DNA from: Bacteroidales bacterium
GTDB taxonomy: Bacteria > Bacteroidota > Bacteroidia > Bacteroidales > P3
Length of the DNA: 64,000 bases
Assembly: GCA_017448905.1 (NCBI GenBank)
Contig: JAFSKP010000060.1
Location: 15,867 to 79,866 of the forward strand
Direction of reading: 5' to 3'
The position numbers were made by a program, and so were the translations under genes. Under the pieces are notes generated by a model, which worked only from the letters and a program-made list of their open reading frames with translations, made no database searches and was not told where the DNA came from. This document shows, one piece after another, positions 28,116-35,853 of the stretch; the first letter of the stretch is position 1, and each line of letters begins with the position of its first letter.

Positions 28116-28820
28116 GTGCTGGAAATAAAGAATATTACAAGGAATTATGGCCAACAGAAGGCTCTGGACGATGTCAGCTTCAGCGTCAAGCCGGGCGAGA
28201 TTGTCGGACTTCTCGGCCCCAACGGTGCCGGCAAGTCGACACTCATGAAAATCGTCACCTGCTTCATTCCTCCAACAGCGGGCGATGCCACGGTGTGTGG
28301 TCACAGCATCCTTGACGATCCCCGCGAGGTCTGCCGCCACATAGGCTATCTGCCGGAACAGAACCCCCTCTATACCGACATGTTTATTCCCGAATTCCTG
28401 AAGTTCGTGGCCGATGTCCACAAGCTGGGGAACAGCCGGCAACGTGTCGATGAAATGATTGAACTTGTGGGGCTTACGCCTGAACTTGGCAAGAAGATAG
28501 GGGCCCTGTCGAAGGGCTACCGTCAGCGCGTGGGGCTGGCTCAGGCTCTGATCCACGACCCCGAAGTCCTCATCCTCGACGAGCCTACAACGGGACTTGA
28601 CCCCAACCAGCTTGAAGAGATACGTAAAGTTGTCCGCAACGCCGGAAAGAGCAAGATTGTCTTGCTTTCGACCCATATTATGCAAGAGGTCGAAGCCGTT
28701 TGCAGCCGTGCCATCATCATCAATCATGGCAGGATTGTCGCCGACGGAAGCCTCGACAGCCTTAAGAAATCCGGCGGCGACACACTCGAACATATATTCC
28801 AGAAACTGACAAAAAACTGA
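28116..28820 (+). CDS. ABC transporter ATP-binding protein
   Basis: Walker [10 protein letters not shown], signature LSKGYRQR, Walker [15 protein letters not shown] start. Confidence 0.85.
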   Translation: MLEIKNITRNYGQQKALDDVSFSVKPGEIVGLLGPNGAGKSTLMKIVTCFIPPTAGDATVCGHSILDDPREVCRHIGYLPEQNPLYTDMFIPEFLKFVADVHKLGNSRQRVDEMIELVGLTPELGKKIGALSKGYRQRVGLAQALIHDPEVLILDEPTTGLDPNQLEEIRKVVRNAGKSKIVLLSTHIMQEVEAVCSRAIIINHGRIVADGSLDSLKKSGGDTLEHIFQKLTKN

Positions 28821-28825
28821 AAACC

Positions 28826-29665
28826 ATGACACGCCAGGAACTCATTGCTTCTATACGGGAAAAACATTCTTTCCTCTGTGTCGGTCTGGATACCGACCCC
28901 AAGAAGATGCCTCAACATCTCCTCGACAGCGAGGATGCCATCTTCGCCTTCAACAAGGCCATCATCGATGCCACGCTCCCCTACGCTGTGGCATACAAAC
29001 CCAATATCGCCTTCTATGAGTCGGCCGGGATCAAGGGTCTTGTGCAACTCAAGAAAACCATGGACTATCTGCACAGTCTCGACGACAAGGTGTTCACTAT
29101 CGCCGACGCCAAACGCGGCGACATCGGCAACACGTCGCAGCAGTATGCCAAGGCTTTCCTCGACCCGCAGGGCGATTTCGGCTTCGATGCCATCACTGTT
29201 GCACCCTATATGGGTGAAGACTCGGTGACCCCTTTCACCGTCTACGACGGGAAATGGGTTATCCTCTTGGCTCTCACCTCCAACAAGGGCGCTTTCGACT
29301 TCCAGCTCATCGAGGACAAAGCGAGTGGCAAACGCCTCTTCGAGAAGGTGCTTGATACTTCCCGGAAGTGGGGCAATGACGGCAACATGATGTATGTTGT
29401 CGGAGCCACGAAAGCCGACATGCTGGAGTCCGTCAGGGCTATAGTGCCCGACGCCTTCCTCCTGGTTCCCGGCGTCGGTGCCCAGGGTGGCAGCCTTACG
29501 GAGGTCTGCAGATATGGTCTGAACAGGGATTGCGGCTTGCTGGTCAACTCGTCGCGTGGCATTATCTATGCCTCCAATGGTGCCGACTTCGCCTCGCGTG
29601 CCGCCGAGGAGGCCCATAAACTGCAGCTGCAAATGGCAGAAGAACTAACCAAGGTGGGATTCTGA
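28826..29665 (+). CDS. pyrF: Orotidine-5'-phosphate decarboxylase (type 2)
   Basis: 279 aa. Motifs [18 protein letters not shown] and PGVGAQGG. Confidence 0.9.
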   Translation: MTRQELIASIREKHSFLCVGLDTDPKKMPQHLLDSEDAIFAFNKAIIDATLPYAVAYKPNIAFYESAGIKGLVQLKKTMDYLHSLDDKVFTIADAKRGDIGNTSQQYAKAFLDPQGDFGFDAITVAPYMGEDSVTPFTVYDGKWVILLALTSNKGAFDFQLIEDKASGKRLFEKVLDTSRKWGNDGNMMYVVGATKADMLESVRAIVPDAFLLVPGVGAQGGSLTEVCRYGLNRDCGLLVNSSRGIIYASNGADFASRAAEEAHKLQLQMAEELTKVGF

Positions 29666-30150
29666 TGGACGACAAGGTTTATCTGGCTCGCCGTCGCGGT
29701 CTTCGCATCGTATTGGTGCTTAGCTTTATCGGTTCTGGTCTTTCATTCTTCAGCTACCTGATGATGAGCGTGGGGCTGTCTGGCTTCCAGGCCATGTATA
29801 GTTCAGGCCAGATGGTTCTCCCCGGCGAGATGACAGTGTTTGTGGAACAGCTGATGGAGACTCCGCGTTCTTTCTTTGTCTGCTCGTCATTGCTCTACGC
29901 CATGTCGCTTGTCGGACTTGTGATGATGTGGAATGTCCGCAGGAATGGTTTTCACATGTACACGATGGCCCAGCTGCTGTTGTTGCTGGTCACCGTCCTC
30001 TTCCTTGGTCGCGAGCGTCTCGCTTTGGGCGATGTGATGATGACGTTGCTTTTTGTAGTCTATTATTTCATGGCCATGCGTCAGTTGGATTCTCTGAAAC
30101 AGCAACAGACAGCCGATGAGAAGATTGATTCGGATAATACACCGCAGTAA
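29665..30150 (+). CDS. Integral membrane protein, function unknown
   Basis: Four predicted hydrophobic helices. The start overlaps the pyrF stop. Confidence 0.5.
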   Translation: MDDKVYLARRRGLRIVLVLSFIGSGLSFFSYLMMSVGLSGFQAMYSSGQMVLPGEMTVFVEQLMETPRSFFVCSSLLYAMSLVGLVMMWNVRRNGFHMYTMAQLLLLLVTVLFLGRERLALGDVMMTLLFVVYYFMAMRQLDSLKQQQTADEKIDSDNTPQ

Positions 30151-30290
30151 ATAATTGCAAATAAGCATATTCTCTCTTTTCTTCGGGGAAATATGGGAAA
30201 ACCCGGAAAAATACTTCTTCTTTTGGGGTTTTCCCTTGTCTTTTGTTTATACTTTTGCATCGTGAAACAAAAACTCAAATTCTCATAATC

Positions 30291-31433
30291 ATGAAAACAA
30301 AGAGCGTTTTTGCAATTATTGCCTTGAGTGCCATGTTAGCCGCATCACCAGCTTTCGCACAGCGCGGTGGCGGTTCCCGCAGCAGCGGCTCTCACAGTAG
30401 CGGCTCCGTGTCGTCGGGTCGCAGTGGTGGCTCCGTGTCGTCGGGTCGCAGTGGTGGCTCTTTCTCAAGTCCCTCCTCCAGCCGTGGCAGCTCCTTCTCA
30501 AGCCCTTCAAGCCGTTCTTCCAGCCGTGGAAGTTCTTACTCAAGCCCTTCTAGCCGTTCCTCTAATCGGGGCAGCGGCTCGTATTCAACTCCATCAAGTC
30601 GCTCTACAAGTCGAGGCAGTGGCTCATATTCAACTCCCTCGAACCGCGGTGGCGTTTCCGGTCGCGATGTTTCCACCCGTGGTGATGCTTCCCATCGGGG
30701 TGGTGTCACCGGACGTGTCGAGAACTCATCGCGTGGTGGTTCTCGCACGACAGTGGGCACTCCATCGAGCCGCACTCCGAGTGGCTCTGTCGACCGTGGA
30801 AGCGGCAATATACGCTCTGGCTCTACGGGTACCGGTGTCAGACGTCCGGGCAGTGATGTCTCGCGTCAAAGCCCTTCAGGCGGTGGCTCCTCGCGTGTCG
30901 GCGGTAGCCCCAACGGATCGCCTCACGGTTCAGGCAACGGCTATGCCCGCCCGGGTCATCATGGCAACATGCCGCCCTCGAACCGAGCCATGCATCCAGC
31001 TCCCTACTTCCATCACCCGTACCATCACCACATGATACATATGCGTCCTATCGTATGGGTTCCTGTGCCCCCACGCCCGCTCTTCTGGCCTGGCTTCTGG
31101 CTCTACTGCAACTCCTACTGGTACGACTATCATGTGACCGATGTCACTGTGGTACACAAATATGTGAAAGATACATACAATGTCGAAATGGTAAGCTACG
31201 TCATCAGCGGCGACATCATGTATGCCATCGTCAACGACAGCGACGGCAACACCTACCTCCAGGTCTTCGACAAAAACGACAAACTTCTTGCCGAACAGGA
31301 GATAAGCCGCAAATACATCAAGACTGAAATTGACCGTGAGAATGGTGGCTGCTGGATATTCAAGAAGAGAGACAAGGACCCGATGCTGTTCCTCTATGCC
31401 GACGGTGAGCTGCTGATATACGAGGCCGATTAA
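30291..31433 (+). CDS. Secreted protein with ~200-aa Ser/Arg/Gly-rich disordered region, His/Pro-rich segment and globular C-terminal domain
   Basis: Signal peptide MKTKSVFAIIALSAMLAASPAFAQ. A -7 box TACTTTTG lies at 30250-30257. A 27-nt tandem duplication at about 30401-30454 encodes SVSSGRSGG twice. Confidence 0.6.
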   Translation: MKTKSVFAIIALSAMLAASPAFAQRGGGSRSSGSHSSGSVSSGRSGGSVSSGRSGGSFSSPSSSRGSSFSSPSSRSSSRGSSYSSPSSRSSNRGSGSYSTPSSRSTSRGSGSYSTPSNRGGVSGRDVSTRGDASHRGGVTGRVENSSRGGSRTTVGTPSSRTPSGSVDRGSGNIRSGSTGTGVRRPGSDVSRQSPSGGGSSRVGGSPNGSPHGSGNGYARPGHHGNMPPSNRAMHPAPYFHHPYHHHMIHMRPIVWVPVPPRPLFWPGFWLYCNSYWYDYHVTDVTVVHKYVKDTYNVEMVSYVISGDIMYAIVNDSDGNTYLQVFDKNDKLLAEQEISRKYIKTEIDRENGGCWIFKKRDKDPMLFLYADGELLIYEAD

Positions 31434-31481
31434 GACTGAAGCAAAGCTAAAACGCTATATTTTTTAATGTTGTTTGTTGAA

Positions 31482-31510
31482 AAGGGCATCCTCTACAGGA
31501 TGCCCTTTTT
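31482..31510 (+). terminator. Intrinsic terminator
   Basis: AAGGGCATCC-tctaca-GGATGCCCTT followed by TTT. Confidence 0.65.
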
Positions 31511-31687
31511 CAATATGCCTATATACGAGGAATCGTATATACAAGAGGAACAGTAACAGAGCGGCAATAAAACAAAAGATTTGTCGTTATCTTATCGCGA
31601 ATTTGCCAAAAAACATGAAAAACCAAATAGACAACAATCAGAATACTCCGAATAATCAGAATACTCCGACCGCCTAATCCTTTCATA

Positions 31688-32392
31688 ATGATCTCTCAAT
31701 TTAATGTCGAAATTTGTTGTAATTCTGTGCTTTCGGCACGCAATGCCAAGCAGGGTGGAGCTTATCGCATAGAACTCTGTCAGGCGCTGGGCGAGGGCGG
31801 CACCACGCCTTCGGTAGCTGCCATAGAGTATTGTGTCAGAGAACTCAACCTCCAGACGCGTGTGCTGATACGTCCGCGCAGCGGCAATTTCTGCTATGAC
31901 AGGGAAGATTTCAAGGTTATCCTCGATGACATCTATCATGCCTACAAGCTTGGAGCCCATGCCGTGGTGGTGGGTTTCCTGACGCGTGAGGGCGACATCG
32001 ATGTGCGCAAAACCATGGCTGCCGTCGAGGCCGCCGGCGGGATGAGCGTCACTTTCCATCGTGCCTTTGACGAATGCCGCAATCCCCGTGAGGCTCTGGA
32101 GCAGATAATAGAATGCGGATGCCACAAACTGCTGACCTCGGGTTGCAAGCCAACGGCTCTGGAGGGCACTGCAATGCTGAAAAGCCTTAATGAACAAGCA
32201 GATGGCAGGATTGACATCATCGCTGCCAGCGGCATAACACCCTCTAATGTCGTCCAATTGATTAAAGCCACTGGCCTCCGCGAGATTCATGCCTCTTGCA
32301 AATCCACAGTCGATGGCATGACTGTGACGGACGAAACACTGGTAAAAGAACTGTTTGAACTTGTTGACGATTATCCTAATCATAACCTATGA
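31688..32392 (+). CDS. cutC: Copper homeostasis protein CutC
   Basis: VEICCNSVLSARNAKQGGAYRIELC, VLIRPRSGNFCY and FHRAFD. Confidence 0.85.
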   Translation: MISQFNVEICCNSVLSARNAKQGGAYRIELCQALGEGGTTPSVAAIEYCVRELNLQTRVLIRPRSGNFCYDREDFKVILDDIYHAYKLGAHAVVVGFLTREGDIDVRKTMAAVEAAGGMSVTFHRAFDECRNPREALEQIIECGCHKLLTSGCKPTALEGTAMLKSLNEQADGRIDIIAASGITPSNVVQLIKATGLREIHASCKSTVDGMTVTDETLVKELFELVDDYPNHNL

Positions 32393-35043
32393 GAAAATAT
32401 CGTTTCCTATTCTCTTTGCTTGTTCTGGCAAGCATGTTGTTTGTCTCCTGCCATAAGGAGAAACATTTTATCAACGATGAGGAGTACCGTGCGCAGGTGC
32501 ATGATGACTTTCTGAAACGTAAGAACTTGGCTGCCGGTCGCGCAGACCAGCTTTTTGCCGGCATGGACACCCTCGATACCGAGACCCGCGAGGCGTTGGA
32601 GTTCCTCTACGCCTACATGCCATACAGCGACCTGGCCGACTACGACCTCTCTTTCTACCTCCAACAGGTGAGGGCAGCCTTCAAGGCTCGCGAAACTTTC
32701 GCTTGGGGTTCGAAGGTGCCGGAGGACATCTTCCGCCATTTTGTCCTTGTCTATCGTGTCAACAACGAGAACCTCGACACGGCACGTCTTTTGATGCAAC
32801 GCGAGCTGGCGCCGCGTCTGGAGGGGCTCTCCATGTACGAGGCCGCCCTCGAGGTGAACCACTGGTGCCACGAGCATGTCGCCTACCGTGCCAGCGACAG
32901 CCGCACGTCGGCACCTCTCGCCACCATGCGTACCTCCTTGGGCCGCTGCGGTGAGGAGTCGACATTCGCGGTCACAGCCCTGCGTAGCGTCGGCATTCCG
33001 GCACGCCAGTGCTACACGCCTCGCTGGGCGCATTGCGACGACAACCACGCCTGGGTTGAGGTGTATATTGCCGACAGCAACCGCTGGTATTTCATGGGTG
33101 CCTGCGAGCCAGACCCCGAGTTGGATATGGGCTGGTTTGCAGTGCCTTCGACACGATGCATGATGGTGCATAGCAATGCCTTCGGCCGCTACCGTGGCGA
33201 CGAGGAGGTCAACTTCCAGAATTCGCTCTATGCAAAGATAAACATGCTCTCCAACTATGCCCCTGTCAAGAAAGTCACCGTCTGCGTGAAGGATTTTCAA
33301 GGCCATATCGTCAAGGATGCCGACGTCAAGTTCAAACTATATAACTACAGTGAGTTCTACACTCTCGCTAGCGTCCGCACAGACGCTAACGGCATCGCTC
33401 GGCTCACCACCGGCTTGGGTGACCTCCGCGTGTGGGCCACCGACGGTGAGCATTATAACTACGTGAAACTGGATGTACGCCAGCAGGATAGCGTGGAGAT
33501 TTACCTTACTCGCGAGGGATATTCCCCCTCTGCCGTGCATCAGCGTTGCGACGTGTACAGCGACATGCTCGACAATGTGCCTCCCGTGGCCGGTGTCGCC
33601 AAGGTTACGCCCTCGAAGGAGAATGCCGACCGCAACGCACAACGGCTTCTCTACGAGGACTCACTACGCAACGCTTACGTGGCCACATTCCCAAAAGAGT
33701 CCGACATGAGTTGCATCGGCGAAGCTGTCGAGAACCGCTCGTTCTCCCTCGACCAGCTCTGGGAGATAATCCATAAATCGGAGGGTAACTACAAGGAAAT
33801 AACGATGTTTATCGAGAAAAACTTCTCGAAAGAACCAGGCTACGAGCATGCCTACGACTATCTGAAATCGTTCTCCGACAAGGATTTGCGCGACATCAGC
33901 TGTGCAACGTTGGAGGCGCACTTCTGCGACTATCAGTCTGGTTCGGCAGTGCCTTACGAGGTCTACCGAAAGGGTATCATGCCGGCAAGAATCAGCAACG
34001 AGATGGTGCGTCCTTGGCGTGAGTTTCTTGCCGGCGAACTGCAGCAAATATCCGTCGCTGCCGATGCTGAAGCACTGAAAGCATGGACGTTGTCCAACAT
34101 CTTTGTTGATGACACAGGCAATTACTACAACTGCCCCATCTCGCCGCGAGGGGTCTTCGAACTCGGTCATGCCGATGCCCACAGCCGCGATATCTTCTTT
34201 GTCGCCGCCTGTCGCTCGCTCTCCATTCCTGCCTATCTCGACAATGCCACCAATACCATATTCGTCTGGAACAATGGTGGCTGGAGGTCGCTCACCTTCG
34301 ATGAGGTTGAGGCCGTACAGCCCACCGCCACCCTCACCCTCACATACAAGCCTACCAAGGAACTCGCTAAGCCTACCTATTGGCAGCATTTCTCGTTGGC
34401 ACGCTTTGAGAATGGCGACTTTGTCACTTTCGACTTCGAGGAAGATGAACGCATGTCGCATTTCCCAGCTACAATAGCTTTGGAACCAGGCTATTACTGT
34501 CTCACTACGGGCAATCGCTATCCTGAGGGCGATGTGTTGGTGAAAGAAGAGTATTTTCTTGTTTTTGACGGTCAAAAACTCACTAAGGAGATAGTACTCA
34601 GGCCATTAGTGAAGCGTTCCGTTGCCGCAGTTGCATCCATCGACCCGAATCAGGAAATCGTTGCCGGCATGGCCACCCTTGCCGACTATGCCGGCAGTAC
34701 GGGCATGCTCTTCGTTTTTGTGGGCGACTACAAGGAGCCTTCGAAGCATCTTGTCAAGGAAATGCAAAGTCTTGAGAAAGAGTACAAGAAATGGGGTGGC
34801 ATGGTTTATCTCGTAGCTCCGCCCTCAGCAAAGGCTGCCTCATGGCATCTGCCCAACACCGACTGCATCATGCGCGAACCCACCGACAAAGACCCCTTCG
34901 AGCGGCAGATTCTGGAGGCCTTGAAACTGGACCTGAAGAACGACTATCCCCTTGTGGCATTGGTCAACAACAAGGGTGAAATACTCTTCTCAAGCCACGG
35001 CTACTCCATCGGCCTCGCCGAACAGATCCTGAGGAAGATATAG
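32389..35043 (+). CDS. Transglutaminase-like cysteine-protease-fold lipoprotein (884 aa)
   Basis: Lipobox MLFVSC. Catalytic core GRCGEESTFAVTALRSVGIPARQCYTPRWAHCDDNHAWVEVY (Cys-His-Asp arrangement). Confidence 0.8.
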   Translation: MRKYRFLFSLLVLASMLFVSCHKEKHFINDEEYRAQVHDDFLKRKNLAAGRADQLFAGMDTLDTETREALEFLYAYMPYSDLADYDLSFYLQQVRAAFKARETFAWGSKVPEDIFRHFVLVYRVNNENLDTARLLMQRELAPRLEGLSMYEAALEVNHWCHEHVAYRASDSRTSAPLATMRTSLGRCGEESTFAVTALRSVGIPARQCYTPRWAHCDDNHAWVEVYIADSNRWYFMGACEPDPELDMGWFAVPSTRCMMVHSNAFGRYRGDEEVNFQNSLYAKINMLSNYAPVKKVTVCVKDFQGHIVKDADVKFKLYNYSEFYTLASVRTDANGIARLTTGLGDLRVWATDGEHYNYVKLDVRQQDSVEIYLTREGYSPSAVHQRCDVYSDMLDNVPPVAGVAKVTPSKENADRNAQRLLYEDSLRNAYVATFPKESDMSCIGEAVENRSFSLDQLWEIIHKSEGNYKEITMFIEKNFSKEPGYEHAYDYLKSFSDKDLRDISCATLEAHFCDYQSGSAVPYEVYRKGIMPARISNEMVRPWREFLAGELQQISVAADAEALKAWTLSNIFVDDTGNYYNCPISPRGVFELGHADAHSRDIFFVAACRSLSIPAYLDNATNTIFVWNNGGWRSLTFDEVEAVQPTATLTLTYKPTKELAKPTYWQHFSLARFENGDFVTFDFEEDERMSHFPATIALEPGYYCLTTGNRYPEGDVLVKEEYFLVFDGQKLTKEIVLRPLVKRSVAAVASIDPNQEIVAGMATLADYAGSTGMLFVFVGDYKEPSKHLVKEMQSLEKEYKKWGGMVYLVAPPSAKAASWHLPNTDCIMREPTDKDPFERQILEALKLDLKNDYPLVALVNNKGEILFSSHGYSIGLAEQILRKI

Positions 35044-35113
35044 TTGCTGCATGCAAGCCAACCCAATGTTACGGAATTTGCGAAGAGATGCATGCCAAAA
35101 GCATGATTTCCAT

Positions 35114-35681
35114 TCACAACAGAGGGACCATGTAGTAAGGAAGGTAGCATATTGGCTCTTCGATGCTCAGGTCGCCAGAGTGTATGATATATGGGGTGGA
35201 GAGGTACGGAGAGAACTTTTTTATCAGTTTATTGAGCGATGTGGTGGTGTATCGCATACCGCTCTTTACTTCGATGGGGGAGATATTGTGTCGGCTGGTT
35301 GTCTTGTTTTTACGAATTAGGAAGTCTATCTCCATACGTTCGTTGGAGTCATTAGAGGCTTTAGAATAGAAGTAAAGCTGGTGTCCTGCGGTTTGCAGCA
35401 TCTGAGCCACGATGTTTTCTACAATCATTCCCTGATTGATTTCCAATTTGTCCATCAGCAGTTTGGTATAGATGTCGTTTTGGAGTAGACCGTTCTCATC
35501 GAAAGCAAGGCTTATGGGCACTGCCAAAATCGACAATGAGTGACGTGCGGTATTCGTTTTGTGCAAATTGCTGTACGGTATAGCTCTTCCCTACGCGTCG
35601 AGCTCCGTCAATAAGTATTGCTGTACGGCCGTTTGATGTTTGTTTCCAGTCCTTTAATTTGTCGTATATTTTTCTTTTCAT
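35114..35681 (-). pseudogene. Internally deleted COG1373/DUF4143 AAA ATPase
   Basis: A 61-aa N-terminal ORF with Walker A (GARRVGKSY) and a 150-aa C-terminal DUF4143-like ORF lie in different frames. Intact paralogs at 48280 and 51547 are 400-436 aa, so roughly 200 codons are missing. Confidence 0.6.
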
Positions 35682-35687
35682 GTCTGT

Positions 35688-35853
35688 GATAACACAAAAT
35701 CAGATTATTTATTGTACAAAAATGACACAAAATTAGATTATTTACTGTACAATAATGACACAAAATTAGATTAGCCGCTTCAAAACTGCAATAACTTGAA
35801 AAAAGTGGTCAGTCGATGTGCACCTAACTTAAAAAAGTGGTCAGTCGTTGGTA
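35688..35853 (-). repeat. Five ~33-bp phased direct-repeat units (3 + 2) upstream of the ATPase pseudogene
   Basis: Units start at 35689, 35722 and 35755 (ATGACACAAAATTAGATTA...) and at 35792 and 35825 (TAACTT(G)AAAAAAGTGGTCAGTCG). The last unit overlaps the 3' end of the methyltransferase gene. Confidence 0.7.

Noticed and set aside
31474-31677. A 67-aa ORF, and the tandem AATCAGAATACTCCGA x2, between the SR-rich gene and cutC.
   Set aside because: The ORF begins inside the terminator hairpin and has a non-coding-like composition. The 16-nt duplication is too short to interpret.
35688-35773. A possible mini-CRISPR array, because of the 33-nt repeats.
   Set aside because: The repeats are directly adjacent with no intervening unique spacers. 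They are AT-rich, contain promoter boxes, and no cas genes are present in the window.
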